A program made the translations under genes and the position numbers. Shown piece by piece: positions 1-9,046 of a DNA stretch of 64,000 nucleotides. The stretch is from an uncultured Prevotella sp. (GTDB lineage Bacteria > Bacteroidota > Bacteroidia > Bacteroidales > Bacteroidaceae). Location of the stretch: contig CAYPJA010000008.1 in NCBI GenBank assembly GCA_964411005.1, positions 12,924 to 76,923 on the forward strand, given 5' to 3'. A model generated the notes under the pieces. The model searched no databases and was not told the origin of the DNA. It was given only the letters and a program-made list of their open reading frames with translations. The number at the start of each line of letters is the position of its first letter. The first letter of the stretch is position 1.

Positions 1-358
1 TGCATTGCTTCACCAGTTCCTTGCGACGCTCCTGCGTGGGTTGCGGCAGATTGATGCGAATCACCTCGCCGTTGTTTTCCGGCGTGACGCCCAGGTCGGA
101 GTCCATGATGCCTTTCTCTATGTCGCGTATCTGCTTGCGGTCCCACGGCCGGATGGCAATCGTTCGTGCGTCGGGCACGGAGACGTTGGCCACCTGGCTC
201 AGCGGCACCATGCTTCCGTACGACATCACCCGCACGCCGTCGAGCAGGGCGATGTTGGCGCGGCCGGCCCGGATGTGGGCGAGCTCCTCTTCCAGATATT
301 TCACAGCTTTTGTCATACGCGCTTCGGCGTCACTCAATGTTTTCTTTACGTCTAACAT
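1..358 (-). CDS. frr: Ribosome recycling factor (3' end runs off the window)
   Basis: Not in ORF track. Manual translation from ATG at 358 gives MLDVKKTLSDAEARMTKAVKYLEEELAHIRAGRANIALLDGVRV...IRPWD...TPENNGEVIRINLPQPTQERRKELVK, typical of RRF. Confidence 0.95.
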   Translation of the reverse strand, partial: MLDVKKTLSDAEARMTKAVKYLEEELAHIRAGRANIALLDGVRVMSYGSMVPLSQVANVSVPDARTIAIRPWDRKQIRDIEKGIMDSDLGVTPENNGEVIRINLPQPTQERRKELVKQC

Positions 359-639
359 ATTTTTGGTGTGTTAAGTTTTCCAAGCACAAATTTAGGTATT
401 ATTTTCTAAAGCCGCAACCTTTCGACCATTATTTTTTCCTTCCTTCCGAAAAAAATAATGACCTTCACAAGGCTTGTCTTGCCATGGTGAGGTCGGCGGT
501 ATATGGTTTGGTGTGGGCAACGGATGGCGCGGAGAGAGGTGTTTGTAGATGTTGAAAATAGAATTATATCAAACTCAAAAAACTTTACTTCTTGATTTTC
601 GATATGAATGACCGCTCCTGAATGTTCGGCCTTTTTCCT

Positions 640-860
640 ATGCGATTGATATCGTTTTGGCTTTCAGAAGACGGTCTTTCGCAGGATAGGAAATGGTTTT
701 TTGCTGTGTGAAAGATGGTCTTTTGCAATGTGGGAATCCGTCTTCTTCCGTCGGAAGGAGCTTGCTCGACAGGCCGTTTATGGAAAGCACGAAAAAAGGA
801 GGGGCCTTTCGGCTCCTCCTGTATGTCAAAGTTAATGAAAAGAGTTGTGATTTGTAAATG
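640..860 (-). repeat. Dispersed intergenic element copy 1: promoter, short hairpin/terminator, 22-bp periodic array
   Basis: Minus strand: TAACTTTG (834-827), then AGGAGGAGCC-GAAA-GGCCCCTCCT-TTTTT, then 22-bp-period units such as GCAAAAGACCATCTTTCACACA and GCGAAAGACCGTCTTCTGAAAG. Confidence 0.65.
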
Positions 861-883
861 AGCTGTCAGAAACGCGGACAAAA

Positions 884-1717
884 TCAGTTGGCGCTCTCCT
901 CTGTTCCTTGTGGTTGGGTCGGGGCCTTCAGTATTTCGTCCACCCGATTGGTCAGACTGATGAAGTCGGCGATAGTCAGTTGCTCGGGTCGCTGTGTCAT
1001 CAAGTCTTGCAGGTAGAAATCGGGCCCGGGCTGGTGGCTCTTGTCGAACATCTGGCGGATGCTGACACGCAGCATCTTGCGCCGCTGGTTGAAAACAGTC
1101 TTCACCAACCGCTTGAAGAGCACCTCGTTGCAGCCCAGTGTGTGCACGTCGTTGCGCGTCAGGCGGATGACGGCGCTCTTCACTTTGGGGGGCGGGTTGA
1201 ACACGTTCTCATCAACGGTGAACAGATATTCCACGTCGTACCATGCCTGCATGAGTACCGAGAGGATGCCGTAGGTCTTCGATCCCGGCCCTGCCGCCAT
1301 GCGCTGGGCCACCTCGCGCTGGATCATGCCTGTGCAACAGGGAATGAGGTCTCTGTTGTCGAGCATCTTGAAGAAGATTTGCGACGAGATGTCATAGGGA
1401 TAGTTGCCCGTGAGTACGAACGGCCGGCCGCCGAATACGGTGCTGAGATCCATTCGCAGAAAGTCGCCGCCGATGATGTTGTCGTGCAGTGTGGGGAAGT
1501 GTGTGGTCAGATAGCTGACGCTCTCGCGGTCAATCTCGACGGCTTTCACCTCTCGTTCTTTTTCGACGAGATATTGGGTGAGCACGCCCATGCCTGGGCC
1601 TATCTCCAAGATAGGGATGTCTGGGCAGGCGTCTACGGTGTCGGCGATGCGTCGCGCTATTGTAAGGTCGGTCAGGAAATGCTGACCGAGTTGTTTCTTG
1701 GGTCTTACTCGCTGCAT
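884..1717 (-). CDS. rsmA: 16S rRNA (adenine1518/1519-N6)-dimethyltransferase RsmA/KsgA
   Basis: KKQLGQHFL, LEIGPGMG, GNYPY, F.PPPKV.S motifs. Start set to the ATG of MQRVRPKK. Confidence 0.95.
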   Translation of the reverse strand: MQRVRPKKQLGQHFLTDLTIARRIADTVDACPDIPILEIGPGMGVLTQYLVEKEREVKAVEIDRESVSYLTTHFPTLHDNIIGGDFLRMDLSTVFGGRPFVLTGNYPYDISSQIFFKMLDNRDLIPCCTGMIQREVAQRMAAGPGSKTYGILSVLMQAWYDVEYLFTVDENVFNPPPKVKSAVIRLTRNDVHTLGCNEVLFKRLVKTVFNQRRKMLRVSIRQMFDKSHQPGPDFYLQDLMTQRPEQLTIADFISLTNRVDEILKAPTQPQGTEESAN

Positions 1718-1881
1718 GGATGAGATGGGAAAATATGTAAATCCTTGTTCTTTTTGCTGCAACAAAACTAATAAGAATATTTCGAATGGCCAAATGTTTG
1801 CCGCTTAAAAGTCGCCGGATGCTGCATAAAAGTCTGTAGAGCCACCCGGATGGAGGGGGCGGAACGTCGGGAGCGCAGACG

Positions 1882-1921
1882 AAAAAAGGCCGGAACCTCA
1901 CCATATGGGTTCCGACCTTTT
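1882..1921 (-). terminator. Intrinsic terminator of the small-protein transcript
   Basis: Minus strand AGGTCGGAACC-loop-GGTTCCGGCCT followed by TTTTT. Confidence 0.75.
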
Positions 1922-1969
1922 CCTATATATCAATCAAAATTGAAGTTTCTTCCTTTGTGGAAGGGCTGT

Positions 1970-2065
1970 TCACTTGCCCTCCACCATCTTGTCGATTGTC
2001 ACGGCCAGTGCCATAGCGCAAGCAAAAGCAATTGCGGTGATGAATCCGAATGTCATTGTTGTCAT
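1970..2065 (-). CDS. 31-aa small hydrophobic protein MTTMTFGFITAIAFACAMALAVTIDKMVEGK
   Basis: Manual translation. Single TM-like segment, its own -7 promoter (TACCTTTG, 2166-2159) and a downstream terminator. Confidence 0.65.
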   Translation of the reverse strand: MTTMTFGFITAIAFACAMALAVTIDKMVEGK

Positions 2066-2118
2066 AGTCTTTTTCCTTTCTCAATTCTTTTAGATGCCGT
2101 CACTGAGGTGATCGACAT
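2062..2118 (-). CDS. 18-aa upstream peptide MSITSVTASKRIEKGKRL
   Basis: ATG follows AT-rich AATTATTAACAAC. Its stop overlaps the next start (ATGA), consistent with translational coupling. Confidence 0.4.
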   Translation of the reverse strand: MSITSVTASKRIEKGKRL

Positions 2119-2226
2119 GTTGTTAATAATTGATGTTATCCTTTGTCTTTCGACAGTGCAAAGGTACACATAAAATTGCTGTGTGCGTTAACAAAATATC
2201 AGTTTTTTATAAATTTGGTCGATTTA

Positions 2227-2305
2227 TTGACTTTTGTCAATCTGGTTGACCGAAATCAACAGAAAGCTTTGATGCAGATCAAGTCGTCAGATTGTTGCAA
2301 ATCAA
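2227..2305. promoter_or_regulatory. Four Crp/Fnr-type boxes (TTGAY-N4-RTCAA)
   Basis: TTGACTTTTGTCAA (2227), TTGACCGAAATCAA (2246), TTGATGCAGATCAA (2269, exact FNR consensus), TTGTTGCAAATCAA (2292). Confidence 0.65.
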
Positions 2306-2431
2306 GAGAAACGTGAGGCGGGCTGGTGCGCTGTTTTCTGGCTTTCATACCTCCAGACGTTCGTTTATGGAAAGAAAAAACGGCATTTTGCTTGGCTGTT
2401 TGCCTAAATTGATGTATCTTTGTAACAATTT

Positions 2432-3433
2432 ATGGAGATAGTGAGGAAGATAGCCAACAATATGCTGAAAGTCGTGGTGTCGCTTGTTTTGGGCGGTGCC
2501 ATTCTTTATTGGATGTATCGTGGCTTCGACTTCGATCAAATCAAGGAAGTGCTGTTGCACGGCATGAACTGGACATGGATGCTTCTGTCGTTTCCCTTCG
2601 GCATCTTGGCGCAGATGTTCCGCGGTTGGCGGTGGCATCAGGCGCTTGAGCCCATCGGTGAGCATCCGCGCACCTCTGTCGCCATCAATGCTATTTTCCT
2701 CTCTTATGCTGCCTCTCTGATTGTGCCTCGCGTCGGCGAGTTTGCGCGCTGTGGTGTGTTGCGCCGATGGGATGGCATATCCTTTCCAAGGGCCTTGGGC
2801 ACCGTTGTCACTGAGCGTGCCATCGACTCACTGCTCGTCGTGGCCATTACGGCGGTCACGCTGCTTTCTCAGGCGCCTGTTTTTGGCACCTTCTTTGCCC
2901 GTACGGGCACGAGCTTGGACGGCATCTTGAGCAAGTTTACGGCCACGGGCTATCTGGTGACGGCCGTTTGTGCCTTGGCCGTCATCCTGTTGCTTGGGTA
3001 TCTGCTTCGGAAGATGTCCATATATAATAAGGTGAAGAGTACGTTTACGGGGCTTTGGCAAGGCGTGATGAGTCTACGGAGCGTGCGGAACGTTCCGCTG
3101 TTTGTCTTCTACACCCTTGCCATCTGGCTCAGCTACTTCCTTCACTATTATCTCACCTTCTACTGCTTTGACGCAACACGCCACTTGGGGTTGAGTTGCG
3201 CGCTGGTGACATTCATCGTCGGCTCTATCGCCGTGGTCGTCCCCACGCCCAATGGCGCCGGTCCGTGGCATTTTGCAGTCAAGACGATGCTTATCCTTTA
3301 TGGTGTGGCGGGCACTGATGCACTCTATTTCGTGCTCATCGTGCATTCCGTGCAGACGCTGTTGGTCGTCCTGCTCGGCATCTATGCGTGGATTGCGCTG
3401 TCGTTTACGAGGAAAAGGACGCGGCTGGCATGA
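2432..3433 (+). CDS. Lysylphosphatidylglycerol synthase TM-domain / flippase-like membrane protein (UPF0104)
   Basis: Polytopic, with R..RW, PRVGEFAR, TERAID and PTPNGAGPWH motifs. Confidence 0.85.
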   Translation: MEIVRKIANNMLKVVVSLVLGGAILYWMYRGFDFDQIKEVLLHGMNWTWMLLSFPFGILAQMFRGWRWHQALEPIGEHPRTSVAINAIFLSYAASLIVPRVGEFARCGVLRRWDGISFPRALGTVVTERAIDSLLVVAITAVTLLSQAPVFGTFFARTGTSLDGILSKFTATGYLVTAVCALAVILLLGYLLRKMSIYNKVKSTFTGLWQGVMSLRSVRNVPLFVFYTLAIWLSYFLHYYLTFYCFDATRHLGLSCALVTFIVGSIAVVVPTPNGAGPWHFAVKTMLILYGVAGTDALYFVLIVHSVQTLLVVLLGIYAWIALSFTRKRTRLA

Positions 3434-3479
3434 CAGGAAACCAATTATTTTAGCAAACCTATAAACATACAAAACGACT

Positions 3480-4937
3480 ATGGGAGAAATCAAGAACCTA
3501 AAGCCAGAGGCCATCTGGCGCAATTTCGACGCGTTGACGCAGGTGCCCCGCCCCTCCGGGCATGTGGAGAAAGTGCAGCAGTTCCTGCTCGACTTTGCGC
3601 AGCGTGTCGGTGTGGAAGCCTTTCAGGATGCAGGCGGCAACATCGTCATGCGCAAGCCTGCCACGCCGGGATATGAGAACCGCAAGTGTGTCTGTATGCA
3701 GGCTCACATGGATATGGTGCCGCAGAAGAGTCCGGAAAGTAAGCACAATTTCGAGACTGACCCCATCGAGACTTATGTGGAAGATGGATGGGTGAGAGCG
3801 AGAGGTACGACGCTGGGAGCCGACGACGGCATCGGCGTGGCTGCCATCATGGGCGTCATGGAGTCGAAAGACCTCAAGCATGGCCCCATCGAGGGACTCA
3901 TCACACGCGACGAGGAGACTGGCATGTATGGCGCCAACGACCTGCCGGAGGGTGAACTGAATGCGGACATCCTGCTCAATCTCGATTCCGAGCTCTGGGG
4001 CAAGTTTGTCATTGGTTCTGCGGGCGGACTCGACGTCACGTCGACGCTCGAATATCAGGAGGCCGACAACGATCAGGAAACGGCTGTCAAGGTGACGCTG
4101 AAAGGCTTGCGTGGCGGTCATTCGGGCTTGGAAATCAACGAGGGACGTGCCAATGCCAATAAGCAGATGGTTCGTTTCGTGCATGAGGCCATTGCCCGCT
4201 ATGGCGCGCGCTTGGCCACATGGCATGGCGGCAACATGCGTAATGCCATTCCCTTCAAGGCCGAGGTCGTGTTGGCCCTGGCCAAAGAGCAGGTGGAGCC
4301 GTTGACTGAATTTGTCAAGCAGTGTAAGGCAGAGCTGGAAGATGAATATAAGACCATAGAGAAGAACGTAGAGTTCTTCGTAGAAGAAGTGGAGAGTCCT
4401 GCACATGTGCTCCCACGGGAGATACAGGATAACCTCGTCGATGCCATCTATGCTTGCCACGACGGCGTGATCCGCATGATTCCGGTTTATCCCGATGTGG
4501 TCGAGACTTCCAGCAATCTGGCCATCATCAATATTGAGGACGGCAAGGCCGAGATACAGATTCTGGCACGTTCCAGTCGTGAGGACATGAAGAGATATAT
4601 AGTCTTGACGCTGGAAAGCTGCTTCAATATGGCTGGAATGAAGACTGTCTTCAGCGGTAGCTATGGCGGCTGGGATCCCAATCCCGACTCTGAGATTCTC
4701 AATCTGCTGAAGAAGATTTATAAGGAACAGAACGGTGAGGAGGCTGTTGTGCAGGTGGATCATGCCGGACTGGAGTGCTCTGTGATTTTGGGCAAATATC
4801 CCGGTATGGACGTGGTCAGCATGGGGCCGACGCTCTTGTCGCCTCACACCACCAGCGAGCGTTGCAAGATAGACACAGCAGAGCCTTTCTGGCGCTTGCT
4901 CACCACCGCGCTTGAACAGGCACCGATGAAGGAATAG
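3480..4937 (+). CDS. pepD: Aminoacyl-histidine dipeptidase (M20C)
   Basis: PRPSGH, QAHMDMV, GTTLGADDG, DEETG, GGHSG, HAGLEC motifs. Confidence 0.93.
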   Translation: MGEIKNLKPEAIWRNFDALTQVPRPSGHVEKVQQFLLDFAQRVGVEAFQDAGGNIVMRKPATPGYENRKCVCMQAHMDMVPQKSPESKHNFETDPIETYVEDGWVRARGTTLGADDGIGVAAIMGVMESKDLKHGPIEGLITRDEETGMYGANDLPEGELNADILLNLDSELWGKFVIGSAGGLDVTSTLEYQEADNDQETAVKVTLKGLRGGHSGLEINEGRANANKQMVRFVHEAIARYGARLATWHGGNMRNAIPFKAEVVLALAKEQVEPLTEFVKQCKAELEDEYKTIEKNVEFFVEEVESPAHVLPREIQDNLVDAIYACHDGVIRMIPVYPDVVETSSNLAIINIEDGKAEIQILARSSREDMKRYIVLTLESCFNMAGMKTVFSGSYGGWDPNPDSEILNLLKKIYKEQNGEEAVVQVDHAGLECSVILGKYPGMDVVSMGPTLLSPHTTSERCKIDTAEPFWRLLTTALEQAPMKE

Positions 4938-4950
4938 TACTAAACAAGTC

Positions 4951-5070
4951 GTGGGCACTTGGCAAGGATGGGTCTTAGCGTCTGTCAGACCGTATCCTGT
5001 ATGCGCCAAAAACGTTTCTGACGAAACGTGCGGACGGGCCTGGGACTCATCCTTCCTGTTCACACTTTTT
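4951..5070 (+). ncRNA. Candidate structured RNA (three-way junction) in the pepD 3' region
   Basis: Nested helices with G-U pairs on the + strand, followed by a T tract (see findings). Confidence 0.4.
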
Positions 5071-5105
5071 TCCTTCTTTTCTCTTTTTATCTAAAAATAT
5101 TTTGT

Positions 5106-5252
5106 TATTTTTGCAGTCGCAAATCAAATTATCAACAAGCATTATGGACGATTATCACGCGGAAAACAGCAATTGTTAGCGTGAGGATGCAGCTCTGAAC
5201 AGCTAATCCTCACCGATATGGTTGTGTTTTTTACAAAAAGAGATTAGCTGCA
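5106..5252 (+). promoter_or_regulatory. corA promoter and leader with uORF MDDYHAENSNC (5144-5179) and competing helices
   Basis: TATTTTTG -7 element at 5106-5113. Hairpin GTGAGGAT/ATCCTCAC (5181-5213). Alternative pairing CAGCTAATC (5200-5208) / GATTAGCTG (5242-5250). Confidence 0.6.
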
Positions 5253-6179
5253 ATGAGAACATATTGGAACATCAATGGCAAGTTGAATGCCCTCAAGGAG
5301 TGGCAGCCCAACTGTTGGATTCAGGTGTCGAGTCCTACTGACGAAGACCAGCGTGAACTGGAGGAGCAATTTCATATTCCCGATTATTTTCTGAGCGACA
5401 TCAGCGATACGGATGAGCGTGCCCGCTATGAGTATGACGATGGCTGGATGCTCATCATCCTGCGCATCCCCTATGTCAAGGAGATTCGCTCCCGCACGCC
5501 CTATACCACGGTGCCTTTGGGCATCATCCACAAGCGCGACGTCACCATTACGGTCTGTTACTACGAGACCGACATGATGATAGATTTCGTCAGCTATCAG
5601 CAGAAGCGTGGAGTGGGCTTCACCGACTATGTCGACATGACGTTCCGTCTGTTCCTTTCCAGTGCCGTTTGGTATCTGAAGCGACTGAAGCAAATCAATG
5701 TGCTTATCGAGAAGGCTAAGCATAACCTCGACCATGGTGTCAACAACGAAAGTCTAATCGGGCTCTCGCGGCTTCAAGACTCGCTCACTTATTTCATCAC
5801 CTCTATCCGTGGCAACGAGAATCTGCTGCAGAAACTGAAGTTCAAGCTACAGGTTGACGAGCTGGATGCAGACCTCATCGAGGACGTGACCATCGAGTTG
5901 ACGCAGGCCCGTGAGACCACAAGCATTTATTCGGACATTTTGGAGTCGACGATGGACACCTATTCGAGCATCATCAACAACAACATGAACACGGTGATGC
6001 GTACTCTCACGTCAGTGTCTATCATCATGATGTTCCCCACGCTCATCGCCTCGCTCTTCGGCATGAACCTTGTCAACGGCATGGAGGATAAGCCGTGGGG
6101 ATTTCCCGTGGCACTGTTTATATCCATTTTTGTCTCAGGCCTCACTTGGTTTGTGCTGCGCTACAAGCGCTTGCTGTGA
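5253..6179 (+). CDS. corA: CorA-family Mg2+ transporter
   Basis: Two C-terminal TM helices with the FGMN signature, plus a soluble N-terminal funnel domain. Confidence 0.9.
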   Translation: MRTYWNINGKLNALKEWQPNCWIQVSSPTDEDQRELEEQFHIPDYFLSDISDTDERARYEYDDGWMLIILRIPYVKEIRSRTPYTTVPLGIIHKRDVTITVCYYETDMMIDFVSYQQKRGVGFTDYVDMTFRLFLSSAVWYLKRLKQINVLIEKAKHNLDHGVNNESLIGLSRLQDSLTYFITSIRGNENLLQKLKFKLQVDELDADLIEDVTIELTQARETTSIYSDILESTMDTYSSIINNNMNTVMRTLTSVSIIMMFPTLIASLFGMNLVNGMEDKPWGFPVALFISIFVSGLTWFVLRYKRLL

Positions 6180-6350
6180 GGAAATTGGGCTATGTGGACT
6201 TCCTTTTTATCCCGAAAAGCAAAAAAAATGTCTTTTTATTAGGCAGTTTGATTTTTTTTGTTTAGATTTGCAACCTAATTAAGGTCATGTTATGCAGCTT
6301 ATTCATCACTGCATAAGCGAAACTTTTATATCATAACTTAAAACAGTTGA

Positions 6351-8342
6351 ATGATGGACTCTCAAGAGAATGCCTTGAATCAAGGCACATTAGAGGAAGA
6401 GCAGAAGAAGGCCCAGGCCGCTTCTGAAGTAGAGAACGCCGCCGAAGAGGCCCCTAAGGCTGGTGTCGACAATGCGCCCGAGGCTGTAAACACAGTCTCA
6501 ACTGCCGATTCCGCTGGAGTTCCCGATGCCGAGCCGGTGATGCCTGAGGCGCCTAAGGCCGAAGAGGCTGTGACCGGGGATGCAACGACGATGGCTGATG
6601 AGGCCGCGAAGGAAGACTTTGTCCGGAAGGTGTATACCTCGAAAAAGGAAGTGCTGGACCGTGTGACGGAAATCGCACACAACGTGGAAAATCCTGACAA
6701 GGATGAGGTGGACCATCTGAAGACTTCTTTCTACAAACTCCACATTGCAGAGCGCGAGCAGAAACAGCGTGAATATCTCGAAGCCGGCGGCGATCCTGAG
6801 AAGTATCAGGTGATGCCCGACGAGGATGAGGAGAAGTTCAAGGCTGAGATGACCATCATCAAGGAGAAGCGGGCCAAGATATTCCAGCAGCAGGAAGCTG
6901 AGAAGGAAGCCAACCTGCAGAAGCGTGTTGACATCATAGAGAAAATAAAGAATATGGCTACATCGCCCGATGCGGCCAACAAATCGTTCAATGAGTTCAA
7001 GCTGTTGCAGCAGCAGTGGCGGGAGATAGGCCCTGTGCCTCCCGAGAAGTCGAACGAGACATGGCGCAACTATCAGCTCTATGTCGAGCAGTTCTACGAC
7101 CTGCTGAATCTCAATCGTGAGGCTCGCGAATACGATTTCAGGAAGAATTTGGAGGCCAAGACACGCCTTTGTGAGTCTGCCGAGAAACTGGCCGATGATT
7201 CCGATGTCATCAGTGCGTTCCATCAGTTGCAGGAATTGCATCAGCAATACCGTGAGACAGGTCCTGTGGCCAAGGAAGAGCGCGAGGCCATCTGGAATCG
7301 TTTCAAGGCTGCGTCGACTGTCATCAACAAGCGTCACCAGCAGCATTTTGAGGAGTTGCGCGCCAAAGAGGATGAGAATTTACAGAAGAAGACAGCGCTT
7401 TGCGAGCAGGTGGAGGCCATCGCCAAAGAGGAAAACAAAGGCGCTTCCGACTGGGAGAAGCACACAAAGGCCATTATAGAGATACAGAAGGAATGGAAAA
7501 CCATAGGCTTCGCCCCGCAGAAGATGAACGTGAAAATCTTTGAGCGTTTCCGTGCGGCCTGTGATGACTTCTTCGGACGCAAGGCCGATTACTTCAAAGA
7601 GATGAAGGAACGCTTTGCGGAGAATGCAGCCAAGAAGAAAGAACTTGTCGAGAAGGCGCAGGCTCTTGCTGATTCCACCGACTGGAAGTCGACCAGCGAC
7701 AAGCTGATTCATTTGCAGAAGGAGTGGAAAACCATTGGTACGGTGCCCAAGAAGTTGGGTGACCAGCTTTGGAGCGATTTCCTCGCTGCCTGCAATAAAT
7801 TCTTCGAGGCACGCAATGCTGCCACCAGTGGCCAGCGCAACGAAGAGAAGGCCAATCTGGAAAAGAAGCGTGATGTCGTGAACCGCCTCAAGGAGCTTGC
7901 CGAAAACGCTGCTGAGGTTACGCAGGAAAAGGTACAGGAACTTGTTGACGAGTATAACAGCGTCGGTCATGTGCCTTATCGCGACAAGGATAAGATTTAC
8001 AAGGAATATCACGATGTGCTCGACAAGATCTACAATGATCTGCATATCTCCATTCAGCGCCGCCGTCTTGACAACTTCAAGAACAATCTGAAGAATGTGG
8101 CCAAGCGTGGAGAGGATGCTGTCGACAATGAGCGCAGCCGTCTGATGCGTCGTTATGAGCAGTTGAAGAGCGAGATCAACACGTTTGAGAACAACCTCGG
8201 ATTCCTCAATGTGGCAAGCAAGAAGGGTAGCAGTCTGATTGACGAGATGAACCGGAAGGTGCAGAAGCTCAAGGATGACGCCCAGCTTGTGCGCGATAAA
8301 ATCAAGGCCATCGATGCAGCTGGCGATGATCAGGCCGAATAA
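6351..8342 (+). CDS. DUF349 repeat-containing protein
   Basis: Repeated N...K..L.......LQ.EWK.IG.VP......W..F..A...FF helical units and an acidic N-terminus. Confidence 0.85.
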   Translation: MMDSQENALNQGTLEEEQKKAQAASEVENAAEEAPKAGVDNAPEAVNTVSTADSAGVPDAEPVMPEAPKAEEAVTGDATTMADEAAKEDFVRKVYTSKKEVLDRVTEIAHNVENPDKDEVDHLKTSFYKLHIAEREQKQREYLEAGGDPEKYQVMPDEDEEKFKAEMTIIKEKRAKIFQQQEAEKEANLQKRVDIIEKIKNMATSPDAANKSFNEFKLLQQQWREIGPVPPEKSNETWRNYQLYVEQFYDLLNLNREAREYDFRKNLEAKTRLCESAEKLADDSDVISAFHQLQELHQQYRETGPVAKEEREAIWNRFKAASTVINKRHQQHFEELRAKEDENLQKKTALCEQVEAIAKEENKGASDWEKHTKAIIEIQKEWKTIGFAPQKMNVKIFERFRAACDDFFGRKADYFKEMKERFAENAAKKKELVEKAQALADSTDWKSTSDKLIHLQKEWKTIGTVPKKLGDQLWSDFLAACNKFFEARNAATSGQRNEEKANLEKKRDVVNRLKELAENAAEVTQEKVQELVDEYNSVGHVPYRDKDKIYKEYHDVLDKIYNDLHISIQRRRLDNFKNNLKNVAKRGEDAVDNERSRLMRRYEQLKSEINTFENNLGFLNVASKKGSSLIDEMNRKVQKLKDDAQLVRDKIKAIDAAGDDQAE

Positions 8343-8364
8343 TCGTGACGTCTGATAATAATAT

Positions 8365-8401
8365 AGAGGCAGGTCTCCATTCGGAAACCTGCTTCTTTTT
8401 T
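8365..8401 (+). terminator. Intrinsic terminator
   Basis: AGAGGCAGGT...ACCTGCTTCT hairpin followed by a T run. Confidence 0.75.
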
Positions 8402-8443
8402 GGCATATTCGATAATCGTTTTATCCAATAAATATATACTTTA

Positions 8444-8531
8444 CAGTGTCAATAGCCCTATTTTGCAGTGTCAATAGCCCTATTTTGCAGTGTCAATAGC
8501 CCCATTTTACAGTATCAACAACCCTATTTTA
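8444..8531. repeat. Tandem repeat, 4 x 22 bp (CAGTGTCAATAGCCCTATTTTG)
   Basis: Two identical units, then two increasingly degenerate units. No spacers. Confidence 0.9.
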
Positions 8532-8547
8532 CAGCATTCAAAACTCT

Positions 8548-8919
8548 ATGAAACCGTTTTATACCATTGCCTTGCTCGTTGTTTCCAACATCTTTATGAC
8601 CTTTGCTTGGTACGGGCATCTGAAACTCCAGCAGATGAAAGTCTTTACCGACCACACACCGCTGGTGCTCATCATTGTTTGTTCATGGCTTCTTGCCTTG
8701 CCTGAATATGCTTGTCAAGTGCCGGCCAATCGTATAGGATTTGTCGGTAATGGCGGACCTTTCACGCTTATGCAGCTCAAGGTCATACAGGAGGTTGTCA
8801 CGCTGACGGTTTTCACCGTCTTTGCCACGGTGTTCTTTCAGGGCGAGACGCTCCACTGGAATCATGCTGTCTCGTTCCTTTGTTTGGTAGCTGCCGTTTA
8901 TTTTGCTTTTCTGAAATAA
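8548..8919 (+). CDS. DMT-family small membrane protein (DUF486-like)
   Basis: SNIFMTFAWYGHL, EY..QVPANRIG, QLKVIQE motifs. Confidence 0.88.
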   Translation: MKPFYTIALLVVSNIFMTFAWYGHLKLQQMKVFTDHTPLVLIIVCSWLLALPEYACQVPANRIGFVGNGGPFTLMQLKVIQEVVTLTVFTVFATVFFQGETLHWNHAVSFLCLVAAVYFAFLK

Positions 8920-9046
8920 ATGTTAAAGTTGTGCTTTTTTACCGTTTTTTCGTTGATTTAGACGGAAAAACATGTAACTTTACACGCTGAAACAAACAGA
9001 GAACTAAATTTAAACTACAAATCAATCGACTAAAAATCTACCTTCA

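Noticed and set aside
585-881. 98-aa ORF in the track
   Set aside because: It reads through the repeat element and a terminator-like hairpin, with no protein-like features. The same applies to 23296-23587 and 49706-49992.
5018-5029. CTGACGA...AAAC as a hammerhead ribozyme core
   Set aside because: No stem II between CUGANGA and GAAA, and the segment forms its own hairpin.
3498-5063. Long antisense ORFs (also 21760-23181, 29402-30478, 53452-54564 and others)
   Set aside because: Shadow frames of well-supported genes, caused by GC-rich third positions.
8444-8531. Possible CRISPR array
   Set aside because: Units are contiguous with no unique spacers, and no cas genes are in the window.
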